Both the position numbers and the translations under genes were made by a program. Source: Isurus oxyrinchus (taxonomy: Eukaryota). Taken from it: a stretch of 64,000 nt of DNA. Below the pieces are notes generated by a model that was not told the DNA's origin, searched no databases, and saw only the letters and a program-made list of their open reading frames with translations. Position 1 is the stretch's first letter. Every line of letters starts with the position of its first letter. Below are positions 26,678 to 40,449 of this stretch, piece after piece. The DNA is taken from positions 24,366,001 through 24,430,000 of the forward strand of contig JANJGN010000026.1 in assembly GCA_026770705.1 (NCBI GenBank), in the 5' to 3' direction.

Positions 26678-28051
26678 TTGTTAAAACTTCCTCATTAAAT
26701 AATGGGAGTAATTTGCATCGTTGAAATTTACCTGAATCTCCTATGTTGCACCAAGGTCATAACATCACATGAATGCAGCAAAATGACACACTTGAGTAGA
26801 AATAGATGTTTGTATTTCACTGCGCTCACATATTAGCAGTTCGTTCAGTCAACAACAGAAATTAATGTGTCTTTTGATGCAGATTAACAGTTACTCACCA
26901 TGTCAAAGATGTCTTATAGTAATGTGTGCTCACAGGGGGAACAAAAATAATTAACGCATCATTCTCAAACTTGTCCTCTGTAAAATTATTTGATTGTTTT
27001 GTTGAAATGCTGACTGTTGTGCTAAATCTCAAATCAGACCCATATCAAGTGCAGTACCTTTCTTTTGCTTGCCAGTCAAGTTTGCAATTCGATGTTATTG
27101 TACATTTCAGAGAATCTCAAGTCAACTGAGGACATCAATACCAAATAGAAATATATTAATACTGAATGTTGAAAAATGTAAAATCAATGCAGAGTAAAGT
27201 GTGTTGAGAAGGGTGTTAATAATGACTGAGCAGAAAGCATTGCTGCCTGAGACATTTGCTGGACTGAGCCTTCTGCATTATGAAACTCAAAACAAACTGA
27301 GGCACCAGGTGGAAACTAAGAGTTGCCTTCCTCTAACAAGTGACATGACCTCTCAGTCTAACCTCCAAACAGTCTGGTAGATCAACACTGCCCTGTTTCC
27401 TGAAGAAAAATGTATATTCTGTGAAACTATATTCCCAGAACAAAGTTATATTAAACCAACAGAACAAAACGACCTATTGCAGTATGTGGTCCTGGCAGGG
27501 CTCTGTTTAACTGTAACAATCATTTTCCTCTGTGATATAACACCCTCAATTAACGAATTGTGTAGCAAATGTAATTAGATTGTGTAAATAACTCAGAAAT
27601 AATGAGATGTTTGATCAGAAAAATAAGCACTTCCGTCAATTCAATACGAAATCAAGAGATAAGTAAATAATGTTCATTTGCATAGCTACATAAGGAACAA
27701 AGTGTAAATCTTCATGGCACTGGGTGATGGAAATGTTGTTAATGAATGCAAACTAGGCATGGAATCTGCAGAAACTCCATTTTCAAAAGGGAATCATGCA
27801 ATTCATTGATATATAGAAAAATAATAAGTTCACTAACAGAGAGAAGGAAACTGAGATTAATTCGTTTGCTCTTTTAAAAGAGACAGGATGATGGAAGGGC
27901 CATGCTATGGAAACATGGTGTTTTGCCATTTTATGATGACATTGTTATATGAGCCTGTCTGCAGCATTACAAATTAAAGCAGCTGAGTTCCATTTCTCCC
28001 ATCCAAAGAGCCAGAGAGCTGCTGTGTGACAGCACGTAATATTGGGACAAT

Positions 28052-28124
28052 GTTTCTGTAGTGTAGTGGTTATCACGTTCGCCTCACACGCGAAAGGTCC
28101 CTGGTTCGAAACCGGGCAGAAACA
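28052..28124 (+). tRNA. tRNA-Val(CAC), apparently intact
   Basis: 73 nt; acceptor GTTTCTG/CAGAAAC fully paired; anticodon arm TTCGC-CTCACAC-GCGAA; B-box GGTTCGAAACC; A73; TTTT at 28142-28145. Confidence 0.93.
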
Positions 28125-29189
28125 TTATCCAAACTCGCCGATTTTGAGAGAGGAAAATTTGCATATGTCATGTTTGTTTTTGAATGTTACCTCAATCGCG
28201 CATGCTTCAGGCATAGTGCTTTTGCTCTTACCTGGGCCTTGAAGTGAATGCAGCAAAATCAGAAACGCTGAAATTTCATGGCACATTTCAAGAGTAAAGT
28301 TTGTTCACTTTCATCTCCCAAAGATAAGACGGATGTTCCCAATGATTGACCATAAAGCATTGCACCCGGAAACATTTGCTTGACGGACACGTCTACATTT
28401 TGTAATTCAAAACAAGCTGAGGCACCAGGGTGAAAATAACAGTTGCCTTCCTGCAACAAGTGACATGGATCCTCAGTCCAACCATTGGAAACCTCCAAAA
28501 AGCTTGGTAGTTCAGCACTGCCCTGTTTGTTACGCAAATAGTTATCCTCTGTAAATTTCCGGTCCAGAAACAAAATTATTTCAAACCAAATGAAGTAAAC
28601 GAACAACTGAAGTACACTAACTTGGCAGGGCCCTGTTAAACTCCGGAACAAACATTTTCCTCTGTAATATCGCACCCTCGATTGAAGGGCTGTGGAGCAA
28701 AAGTAATAAGATTGTAAAAATAGTAAGGTTGAAAAAATAATACTTTCGCAAATTCGATATGAGATCAATTGTATAATTACATCACGTTCATATGATAAAG
28801 TATATTAGGAACCCAAGTCCAAATCGTCATGTGAACCTTGTGAATTAAGGCAAATTAGGCATGGATTCTGCAGAAACTACTTTTTCAAAAGGGTATTGAG
28901 CAATTTAATGAAAGGAGGGAAAAACAGATTTATTAAAAGAGAGAAGGAAATTGTGATTAATTAGTTTGTTTGTTCAAAAAGGGGACAGAGGTCGGATGGT
29001 GCAAGGGCCTCTTATGCCTTTGCATGGATGCACGGTGCGAGGCCCTTTTATGATTACATTGTTACATCAGTCTCACTGCAGCGTTCCTGAGAATAGCAAC
29101 TGCATTCCATTTCTCCGCAACAGAGACCCAGATTGCTGCTGCGTTACAGCGCAGTTTAGCATTCCAGACAGGCTCAGTCAACCATGGCT

Positions 29190-29262
29190 GTTTCTGTAGT
29201 GCAGCGGTTATCACGTTCACCTCATACGCGAACGGTCCCTGGTTTGAAACCGGGCAGAAACA
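29190..29262 (+). pseudogene. tRNA-Val-derived full-length copy with CAT anticodon
   Basis: Loop CTCATAC; A-C mismatch in the anticodon stem; B-box GGTTTGAAACC. Confidence 0.8.
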
Positions 29263-30706
29263 TTATTAAAACTTACTCATTAAATGGTGAGGATAATTTT
29301 CATCGTTGAAGCTTACCTGAATATCTGATGTTGCATTTGCTCTCACCTAGGTCATAAAATGAATGCTGAGATTTCAAGACACACTTGAATGGAAATATAT
29401 GCTCGTATTTCACTGCGCTCACAGTTCGTTCAGTCAACAGCAGAAAATAATGGGTCTTTGGATGCAGCTTAACACTGTTACTCACCATGTCAAAGATGTC
29501 TCATTGTAATGTGTGCTCATAAAGACAGACAAAAGAGGGATCAGATCTAATTAACGCATCATTCTTAAGCCTGTTCCCTGCTGATTTTGTTGAAATGCTG
29601 ACTGTTGTGCTACATCTCAAATAAGACCCATGTCAAATGCATTATCTGGTGTCTGGCATTCTTTTGTTTGCCAGTCAAGTTTGCAATTCGACGTTGTTGT
29701 ATCTTTCAGAGATTCTCAATCCAACCGAGGGCACCCATATCAAATATATTAATACTGAATATTGAATAGCGTTTAAAATTGCCAAGGAAAGTTTGCTGAA
29801 TTTCGTCTGCTGAGGAGGAGAAGTCTGTTCTTAATGACTGAGCAGAAAGCACTGCTGCCTGAGACATTTGCTGGAACGAGCCTTCTGCGTTTTGAAATTC
29901 AAATAACCTGAAGCACCAGGTGGAAACCAAGAGTTGTCTTCATGTAAGAAATGACATGACCTCTCAGTGTAACCACTGGAATCCTACAAACATTCTGGTA
30001 GATCAGCACGACCCTGTTTCCTGAAGAAATATATATTCTGTAAAACTATATTCCCAGAACAAAATTATATTAAACCAACTGAACAAAACGACCTATTTCA
30101 GCATATGATCCTGGCAGGGCTCTGTTTAACTGTAACAATCATTTTCCTCTGTGATATAACACCCTTGATTAATGAGTCATGGAGCAACTGTAATTAGATT
30201 GTGTAAATAACTCAGAAATAATGAGATGTTTGATTAGAAAAATAAGCATTTTCATCAATTCAATATGAAATCAAGGTATAAGTAAATAATGTTCACTTGT
30301 GTAGCTACGTATGGAACAAAGTCTAAATCTTCATGGGACTGGGTGAGGGAAACGTTGTTAATGAAGGCAAACTGGGCATGGAATCTGCAGAAACTCAATT
30401 TTCAAAAGGGAATTGTGCAATTAATTGATATGCAGAAAAATAATAAGTTCACTTATAGAGAGAAGGAAACTGAGATTAATTCATTTGCTCTTTTAAAAAG
30501 CTGACAGAGACAGGACGATGAAAGGGCCATGGTATGGATACACGGTGTTATGCCATTTTATGATGACATTGTTATATGAGTCTGTCTGCAGCATTCCAAA
30601 TTATAGCAGCTGAATTCTATTTCTCCCATCCAAAGAGCTGGAGAGCTGCTGTGTGACACCACAGTTTAACATTCTGGATAGGCTGACTGCAGTCATGATG
30701 GCTGAT

Positions 30707-30765
30707 GTTTCTGTAGTGTAGTGGTTATCACTCGTGCCTCACCCGTTCGAAACTGGGCAGAAACA
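30707..30765 (+). pseudogene. tRNA-Val(CAC) pseudogene, 14-nt deletion
   Basis: 59 nt; A- and B-boxes retained. Confidence 0.8.
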
Positions 30766-32176
30766 TTATCCAAGCTTACCAATTTTGAGAGAGGAAAATT
30801 TGCATGTCAGGGTTGTTGTTGAATGTTACCTGAATCTCGCATACTACAGGCATGGTGCTTTTGCTCTTACCTGGGCCTTAAAATGAATGCAGCAAAATCA
30901 GAAATGCTGAAATTTCATGTCACACTGAGGTGTTCATTTTATGACCCGGCACGCATTTTAGCAGTTCGTCTGGTGTGCAAATCCTTCAAATAATCGGGAT
31001 TCAGAATAGAGTATCAGGAAAAATGACCCAGGCAGTTGTGGAAACCAAGGCGCAGTGCAGATCTGCTGGCTTCCCTCCTGTCTTCTACATGGATGTGATT
31101 TAGGCCCCAGAAGGCTTATCACCTGGAACAAAGGAGGGTCAAATATATGGAACGCATCATTCTCAAAACTGCTCCCAGCAAAATTCTTGCATTTTGTTTA
31201 ACAGCTAATTGTGCTCAATTTCAAATGAGCACAATATGGTTTGCATTACCTGTTGACTGGCATCCTTTCTTCTATTGATCATGTTTGAAATTCGAGGTTG
31301 GTGTATGTTTCAGAGGGTCTCAATTCAAACGAAGACATCAATAACAGATAAAATATTAATATTAAATATAGAATAACGGAAAAATACTGAGTAGAGTTTG
31401 TTTAATTTCGTCTTCCAAAGATAAGGAGGATGTTCCTCATGATTGAGCAGAAAGCATTCCACCCAGAGACATTTGCTTGACGGAATCGTCTACATTTTGA
31501 AATTGAAAACAAGCTGAGGCACCAGGGTGAAACCAACAGTTGTCTTCCTGCAACAAGTGACATCGACCCTCAGTTCAACCATTGGAAACCTCCAAGCATT
31601 TTGGTAGCTCAGCACTGCCCTGTTTGTTACACAAATATTTATCCTCTGTAAGGTTCCGATCCAGGAACAAAATTATTTCAAACCAAATGAAGTAAACGAA
31701 CAATTGAAGCACATGACCTTGGCAGGGCTTTGTTGAACTACTTAAATATTTTCCTCTGTAATATCGCACCCTTGATTGAAGGACTGTGGAGCAAGAGTAA
31801 TACGATTGTAAAAATAGTAAAGTTGAAAAAAATAACACTTTAGTAAATTCGATATGAGATCAATTGCATAATTATACCACGTTCATATGGTAAAGTATAT
31901 TCAGAACCCAAGTCCAAATCGTCATGTGAACCTTGTGAATTAAGGCAAACTGGGCATGGATTCTGCAGAAACGACTTTTTTGAAAGGGTGCTGAACAATT
32001 TAATTACATGGAGGAAAAGACAGGTTTATTAAAAGAGAAGCGAATTGTGATTAATTAGTTTGCTCGTTTAAAAAGGGGACAGAGGTCGGATGGTGGAAGA
32101 GCCTCTTATGCCATTGTAAGGATACATGGCGGTAGGACATTTTATGGTTCCAGGTAGGCTCGTTGGAGTCATGGCA

Positions 32177-32244
32177 GGTTCTGTAGTAGTTATCATGTAT
32201 ATCGACCACACGAACAGTCCCCGGTTCAAAACTGGGCAGAAACA
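32177..32244 (+). pseudogene. tRNA-Val pseudogene
   Basis: ggttctgtagtagttatca...gtccccggttcaaaactgggcagaaaca. Confidence 0.75.
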
Positions 32245-32491
32245 TTATTAAAACTTCCTTATTCAATCGTGAGTGTGATTTGCATCCTTGAAGCACAGCT
32301 GAATCTCCTATGTTGCAGGCAAATTGCATTTACTCTCACTGAGGACGTGCTGAGATTTCATGACACACTTGAGTGGAAATAGAAGTTCGTATTTCACTGC
32401 GCTCACATATTAGCAGCTCGTTCAGTCAACAATAGGAATTAATCTGCCTTTCGACACAGATTAACACAGTTACTCACAAAGTCAAAGATAA

Positions 32492-32589
32492 CAAAAACAA
32501 AAATAGCTGGAAAAACTCAGCAGGTCTGACAGTACCTGCGGAGAGGAATGCAGTAAACATTTTGAGTCTGGATGACTATTCATCAGAAC
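32492..32589 (-). mobile_element. Penelope-derived mini-element inserted in one array unit
   Basis: TSD tcaaagataa at 32482-32491 and 32590-32599; absent from the other units; CTGATGA core with G12 lost. Confidence 0.85.
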
Positions 32590-33759
32590 TCAAAGATAAT
32601 GTGTGCTCATAACGGCAGACAAAGAGGGATCAGATATAATGAACACATCATTCTCAAATTTATTCCCTGTGAAACTCTTTGATTTTGTTGAAATGCTGAC
32701 TGTTGAGCTGAATCTCAAATCAGACCCATATCAAGTGCATCCTGGTGTTTGGCATTCTTTTGCTTGCCAGTCAAGTTTGCAATTTGATGTTGTTGTATAT
32801 TCTAGAGAGTCTCAAGTCAACTGAGGGCATCAATATCAAATTTAAAAATAATAATACTGAATGTTGAATAACTGAAAAAAATGCTGCTGAGTAAAGTTTG
32901 TTGAATTTTGCCTGCTGAGGAGGAGAAAGATGTTCCTTATGATTGAGCAGAAAGCATTGCTGCCTGAGACATTTACTGGACCTTCTGCATTATGAAATTT
33001 AAAACAAACTGAGGCACCAGGTGGAAACCAAGAGTTGTCTTCCTGTAACATGTGACATGACCTCTCAGTCTAACCATTGGAATCCTCCAAGCATTCTGGT
33101 AGATCAACACTGTCCTGTTCCCTAAACAAATATGTATTCTGTAAGATTTCATTCCCAGGACAAAATTATTTCAAATCAAACGAATGGAACGTGATCTTGG
33201 CAGGGCTCTGTCTAACTGTATCAATGATTTCCCTTGATTAACGAGTTGTGGAGCAAATGTAATTGTGTAAATAACTCAGAAATAATGAGATATTTGATCA
33301 GAAAAATGAGCACTTTCGTCAATTCGACATGAAATTAAGAGAAAAGGTAAATAATGTTCATATGCATCGCTATGTAAGGAACACGAGTCTAAAGCTTCAT
33401 GGCATTGGCTGAGGGAAACAATGTTATTTATGGCAAATTGGGCATGGAACCAGCAGAAACTCCTTCTACCAAAGGGAATTATGCAATTAATTAATATTCA
33501 GAAAATTAACAGGTTTGCTAAAAGAGAGAAGGAAACAGTTTAATTCGTTTGCATTTTTAAAAAGTTGACAGAGGCAGAACAATGGAAGGGCCATGGTATG
33601 GATACATGGTGTTATGCCATTTTTTGATGACATTGTTATATGAGTCTGCCTGCAGCATTCTTATTTAAAGCAGCTGAATTCCAATTCTCCCAAACAAAAA
33701 AGCAGAGCTGCGTGACAGCACAGTTCTGGACAGGTTCACTGCCATGCCAGTTGCCCAGT

Positions 33760-33832
33760 GTTTCTCTGGTGTAGTGGTTATCACGTTCACCTTTCACGTG
33801 AAAGACCTCCGGTTCGAAACTGCGTAGAAACC
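33760..33832 (+). pseudogene. tRNA-Val-derived pseudogene with TTC anticodon
   Basis: TTCAC-CTTTCAC-GTGAA arm; mismatches in acceptor and T stems. Confidence 0.75.
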
Positions 33833-35504
33833 TAATCCAAGCTTGCTAATTTTGAGAGAGGGAAATTTGCGTCATTAGGTTGAATGTTGACTGAATCTCG
33901 CATGCTGCAGGCATGTTACTTTTGCTCTTATCTGGGCCTTAACATGAATGCAGCAAAATCAGAAGCACTGAAAATTCATGACATACTGAGTAGAAATAAA
34001 TGTTCGTTTTTTGACTCGGCACACATTTTAGCAGTTCGTCCGGTCAGCAACAGAATTTAGTGGGCTTTCGATGCAGATTTACATTATTACTCACCACCTC
34101 AAACATGTCTCATACTAAAGTGCACTCATAAAGACAGGCGCAAGCGATGCTGTAATTGAACCAGAGGGAATGGCAGAGCTGGTACAGAATCACTCCTTTA
34201 AATAATTGGTATTCAGAATAGAGTTTCAGGAAAAATGACCAAGGGAGTCGCGGAAACCAAGGCGCAGTGCAGACCTGCTGGCTTCCCTCCTGTGTTCAAC
34301 ATGGACGCAATTGAGGCGCAAGAAGGCTTATGACCGAGAACAAAAAGGGATCAAATATAATGAACGTATTATTCTCAAAACTGTTCCCAGTAAAATTCTT
34401 GCATTTTGTTTACAAGCTAACTGCGCTGAATTTCATATGAGCACCATATGATTTGCATTGCCTGCTGACTGGCATTCTTTCAGCTATCAGTCATGTTTGC
34501 AATTCAAGGTTGCTGTATATTTCAGAATCTCAATTCAAATGAAGGCATCAATAACAGATAAAAAAATAAATATTAAATAGAGAATAACGGAACAAATACT
34601 GAGTAAAGTTTGTTTAATTTCGTCTTCCGAGGATAAGATGGATGTTCCTAATGATTGAGCAGAAAGCAATGCTCCCGGAGACCTTTGCTGGACAGACACG
34701 TCTACATTTGGAAATTGAAAAAAAGCTAAGGCACCAACTGTTGTCTTCCTGCAACAAGTGACATGGCCTCTCAGTCCAACCATTGTAGCTCTCCAAATAT
34801 ACTGGTAGCTCAGCAGTGCCCTGTTTCCCAAACAAATATTTATCCTCTGTAAGATCCCGGTCCAGGAACAAAATTATTTCAAACCAAATGAAGTAAATGA
34901 ACAATTGAAGCACGTGTCCTTGGCAGGGCTCTGTTGAACTACTTAACAAACATTTTCCTCTGTAATATCGCACCCTTGACTGAAGGGCTGTGGAGCAAAA
35001 GTAATAAGATTATACAAATATTAAGATTGAAGAAAATAATGCTTTTGAACATTGGGGATGAGATCAGTTGCATAATTACATCATGCTCATATGGTAAAGA
35101 ATATTAGGGACCCAAGTCCAAATTGTCATGTGAACCTTGTGAATTAAGGCACATTAGGCATGGATTCTGCAGAAAGTACTTTTTCGAAAAGGTATTGAGC
35201 AATTTAATGAAAGGGAGGAAAACACAGGTTTATTGACAGAGGGAAGCAAATTGTGATTAATTAGTTTACTCGTTTAAAAAGGGGGCAGAGGTCGGATGGT
35301 GGAAGGGCCTCTTATGCCATTGCATGCATACATGGTGCTGGAAACATGATGCTAGGCCATTTTATCATTACGTTGTTATATCAGTCTTGCTGCAGCGTTC
35401 CTGAGAATAGCAGCTGAATTCCATTTCTACGAAACAGACACCCAGGGTGCTGCTGCTTTACAGCGCAGTTTAGCATTCCAGACAGGCTCACTGCAGTCGC
35501 AGCA

Positions 35505-35578
35505 GTTTATGTAGTGTAGTGGTTATCACATTTGCCTAACATGTGAAAGGTTCCCCGATTTGAAACCAGGCAAAAGCA
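35505..35578 (+). pseudogene. tRNA-Val(AAC) pseudogene
   Basis: Loop CTAACAT; broken B-box GATTTGAAACC. Confidence 0.8.
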
Positions 35579-37015
35579 TTATTGAAAATTACTCATTCAA
35601 TCGTGAGAGTGGTTTGCATTGTTGAAAACTGAGCTTAGTTTCCAATGTTACAGGCATATTGTGTTTACTCTCACTGCGGATGTGCTGAGATTTTGTGATA
35701 CACTTGAGTGGAAAATGAAATTGATGTTTGTCTTTCACTGCACTCACGTATTAGCAGCTTGCTCAGTCAACAACAGAAATTAATCTGTCTTTTGACACAG
35801 ATTACCCACCATGTCAAAGATTAATGTGCACTTGTAATGGCAGGCAAAGAGGAATCAGATCTAATTAACGCATCATTCTCAAATCTGTTCCCTGTGAAGT
35901 TCATTAATTTTGTTGAAATGCTAACTGTTGTGCTAAATCTCAAATCAGACTCATATCAAGTGCATTACCTGGTGTCTGGCATTCTATTGTATGCTAGTCA
36001 CGTTTGTAATTCAATGTTGTTGTATATTTCTGAGAGTCTCAAGTCAACCGAGGGCTTGATGCCATGCTTGATGTCAAATAAAAAAATATGAATACTGAAT
36101 GCTGAATAACTGAAAAAAAAATGCTGCTGAGTAAAGTTTGTTGAATTTCGTCTTCTGAGGAGGAGAAGGGTGTTCCTAATTATTGAGCAGAATTCATTAC
36201 TGCCTGAGACATTTGTTGGACCGAGCCTTCTGCATTATGAAACTCAAAACAAACTGAGGCACCAGGTTGTCTTCCTGTAACAAGAGTCATGACCTCTCAG
36301 TCTAACCATTGGAATCGTCCAAGCATTCTGGTAGATCAACACTGCCCTTTTCCCTAAACAAATATGTATTCTGTAAGATTTCATTCCCAGGACAAAATTA
36401 TTTCAGACCAAACGAACGGAACGAAAAATTTCAGCATGTGATCTTGGCAGGGCTCTGTCTTACTGTATCAATGATTTCCCTCAATTAACGGGTTGTGGAG
36501 TAAATGTAATTGTGTAAATAACTCAGAAATAATGAGGTGTTTGATCAGAAAAATGAGCACTTTCGTCAATTCGACATGAAATCAAGAGAAAATGTAAATA
36601 ATGTTCATATGCATCGCGACGTAAGGAACACAAGTCGAAATCTTCATGGCATTGGGTGAGTGAGTGAAACAGTGTTACTTAAGGCAAACTAGGCATGGAA
36701 TCTGCAGAAACTCATTTTTCAAAAGGGAGTCGTGCAATTAATTGATATTCAGAAAAATAACAGGTTTGCTAAAAGAGAGAAGGATACTGCAACTAATTCG
36801 TTTGCATTTTTAAAAAGCTGAGAGACAGGATGATGGAAGGGCCATGGTATGGATACATGGTATTATGCCATTTTATGGTGACATTGTTTTATGAGTCTGT
36901 CTGCAGCATTCCAAATTTAGTAGCTGAATTCTATTTTTCCCAAAGAGCCAGAGTTGCTGCGTGACAGCACAGTTTAACATTCCGGAAAGGCTCACCAGTA
37001 TCATGACTGGCCAAT

Positions 37016-37088
37016 GTTTCTGTAGTGTAGTGGTTACCACGTTCGCCTCACACGTGAAAAGTCCCCTGTTTGAAACCTGGCAGAAACG
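37016..37088 (+). pseudogene. tRNA-Val(CAC) pseudogene
   Basis: 73 nt; disrupted T stem and B-box (CCCTGTTTGAAACCTGG); G73. Confidence 0.8.
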
Positions 37089-38730
37089 TTATCTAAGCTT
37101 ACTAATTTTGAGAGGAAAATTTGCGTGTGTCAGGTTTGTTGTTGAACGTTACCTGAATCTCGCATGGTGCTTTTTCTCTTACCTGAGCCTTAAAATGAAT
37201 GCAGTAAAATGAGAAACGGTAAAATTTCATGGCACATTGCTTACAAATAGGTGTTCATTTTTTTGACTCTGCACGCAGTTTAGCAGTTCGTCCGGTGACC
37301 AACAAGATTTAGTGGGCTTTAATGCAAGTTTACGCACCATCACTAAGATGTCTCATAGTCAAGACAGGCGCAAGCGATGCTGTAATTGAACCAGAGGAAA
37401 TGACAAAGCTGGTACAGAATCACTCCTTTAAATCACTCCTTTAAATAATCGGTCTTTAGAATAGAGTATCAGGAAAAACGATCCAGGGAGTCATGGAAAC
37501 CGAGGCGCAGTGCAGACCTGTGGTCTTCCCTCCTGTCTTCCACATTGACGCGGTTTAGGCGCCAGAAGGCTTCTCACCTGGAACAAAATATAAAGAACGC
37601 ATCATTCTCAAAACTACACCCAGTAAAATTCTTGCAAGTTTTTTTTTCAAGCTAACTGTGCTGAATTTCAAATGAGCACCATGTGGTTTGCATTACCAGT
37701 TGAATGGCATTCTTTCATGTTTGACATTCGAGGTTGGTGTATATTTCAGAGTCTCAATTCAAATGATGGCATCAATAACAGGTACAATATTAATATTAAA
37801 TATAGAATAACGGAACAAATACTGTGTAAAGTTTGTTTAATTTCGTCATCCAAGGATAAGAAGGGTGTTCCTAATGATTGAGCAGAAAGCATTCCACCCG
37901 GAGACATTTGCTGGACGGACACGTCGACATTTTGTAATTCTAAACAAGCTGAGGCACCAGGGTGAAATCAACAGTTGTATTCCTGCAACAAGTGACGTGG
38001 ACCCTCAGTCCAACCATTGGAAACCTCCAAACATCCTGGTAGTTCAGCACTGCCCTGTTTGTTACACAAATATTTATCCTCTGTAGGATTACAGTCCAGG
38101 AACAAAATTATTTCAAACCAAATGAAGTAAACGAACAATTGAAGCACGCGATCTTGGCAGGGCCCTGTTAAACTCCTTAGTAAACATTATCCTCTGTAAT
38201 ATCGCACCCTCGATTGAAGGGCTGTGGAGCAAAAGTAATACGATTCTAATAATAGTAAGGTTGAAAATATAACACTTCCATAAATTCGATATGAGATCAA
38301 TCGCATAATTACATCATGTTCATCTGGTATAGTATATTCGGGACCCAAGTCCAAATTGTCATGTGAACCTTGTAAATTAAGGCAAACTCGGTATGGATTC
38401 TGCTGAAACTACATTTTCAAAAAGGAATTGAGCAATTTAATGAAAGGGAGAAAAATAACAGGCTTATTAAGCGAGAGAAGCAAATTGTGATTAATTAGTT
38501 TTCTCGTTTAAAAAGGGATCTGAGATCGGATGATGGAAGGGCGTCTTTTGCCATTGCATGGATACATGGTGCACGGCCATTTTATAATTACATTGTTACA
38601 TCAGTCTCGCTACAGCGTTCCTGAGAATAGCAGCTGTATTTGTATTCCATTTCTCCGCAACAGAGATCCAGATTGCTGCTGCGTTACAGCGCAGTTTAGC
38701 ATTCCAAAAAGGCTTGGTAAAGGCATAGCA

Positions 38731-38802
38731 TTTTCTGTAGTGTAGTTTTTGTCACGTTCCCCTAAATGGGGAAGGTCCCCGGTTCAAAACCGCGCAGAAA
38801 CA
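38731..38802 (+). pseudogene. tRNA-Val-derived pseudogene
   Basis: Internal TTTTT at 38746-38750 (Pol III terminator); loop CTAAATG. Confidence 0.75.
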
Positions 38803-40449
38803 TTATGAAAACTTCTTCATTAGATAGTGAGGATAATTTGCATCATTGAAGCTGACCTGAATCTTCGATGTTGCATTTGCTCTCACCGAAGTCATAAAAT
38901 GAATGCAGCAAAATCAGCGCGTGCTGAGATTTCATGACACACTTGAGTGGAAATCGATGTTCGTATTTCACCGCGCTCACACATTTGCAGTTCGTTCAGT
39001 CAACAACAGAAATTAATGTATATTTCAATGCAGCTTAACAGTTACTCACCATGTCAAAGATGTCTCTTTGTAATATGTGGTCATAAAGAGGGAACAGAAT
39101 CTAATTAATGCATCATTCTCAAGCCTGTTCCTTGTAAAATTCTTTGATTTTGTTGAAATGCTGACTGTTGTGCTAAATCTCAAATCAGACCCATATCAAG
39201 TGCATTACCTGGTGTCTGGCATTCATTTGTTTGCCAGTCAAGTTTGCAATTCGATGTTGTTGCATATTTCAGAAAGTCTCAAGTCAACAGAGGGCATCAA
39301 TATCAAATATATTAATACTGAACGTTGAATAACGTTTAAAACTGCTGAGAAAGGTTTGTTGAATTACATCTGCTGAGGAGGAGAAGTGTGTTCCTAATGA
39401 CTGAGCAGAAAGCATTGCTGCCTGAGACATTTGCTGAACCGAGCCTTCTGCATTATGAAATTCAAAACAAACTGAGGCACCAAGTGGAAACCAAAAGTTG
39501 TCTTCCTGTAACAAGAGTCATGACCTCTTAGCCTAACCATTAGAATCCTCTAAACATTCTGGTAGATCAACACTGCCCCTTTTCCTAAATGAATACATAC
39601 TCTGTAAGATTTTATTCCAAGAACAAATGTATTTAAACCAAATGAACGAAACAAACTATGTCAGCATTTGGTCTTGGCAAGGGTCTGTTCAATTGTGATA
39701 ATCAATTCCCTCTGTGATATAACACCTTCGATTAGTGGGTTGTGGAGAAAATATAATTAGAATATATAAATCAACTCAGAAATAATGAGATGTTTGATCA
39801 GAAAAATAAGCACTTTTGTAAATTCGATATGAAATCAATAGAAAAGTAAATAATGTTCCTATGCAGAACTATGCAAGGAACACACGTCTAAATCTTCATG
39901 GTATTGGGTGAGGGAAACAATGTTAATTAAAGTAAACTAGGCATGGAATCTGCAGAAACTTCTTTTTCAAAAGCGAATTTTGCATTTAATTGATATTCAG
40001 AATAATAACAGGATTACTAAAAGAGGGAAGGAACCTAAGAATAATTCGTTTGCTCCTTTAAAAAGCAGACAGAGATAGGATTATGGAAGGGCCCCTCATG
40101 CCATTGAATGGACACATGGTGCTTTTCCATTTTATGTTATATGCCTGCAGCATTCCTGATACTACCAGCTGCATTCCATTTCACCGAAAAAAAGACCCAG
40201 AGTGCTGCTGCATGACAGCATGGCTTAACATTCCGGATAGGCCCTGGTCAATCGGACAGCTCACCCTTCATTCTCCCCTGATTCCGGTTCCCAAACAGTT
40301 TGTAAATATTCACAGAACTGGAAACTGGGTTTCTGTTTTGGTTCCTCCTCCATTTTTCCACCTGCGAACCAACGTTTTCCAAAATCTCGTCACAATGTTC
40401 CACTCTCGAGGATCACCAGAGGACTGGGGTTTATGATAATAAATAAAGA

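Larger units (their letters stand above)
25893..40245 (+). repeat. Tandem array of 10 tRNA-Val-associated units (1.1-1.75 kb), alternating A/B types; dimer period ~2.6-3.3 kb
   Basis: Recurrent blocks (ggcatggaatctgcagaaact; gaggcaccaggtggaaacc; cttggcagggc) and tRNA starts at 26620, 28052, 29190, 30707, 32177, 33760, 35505, 37016, 38731; the tenth unit stops just before its tRNA. Confidence 0.92.

Noticed and set aside
25873-39514. Recurrent ORFs in the array spacer (e.g. QLFVYFIWFEIILFLDR) as a repeated protein gene
   Set aside because: Frames and stops differ between units and no domain is recognisable; the similarity reflects DNA duplication. A blastx of the consensus would settle it.
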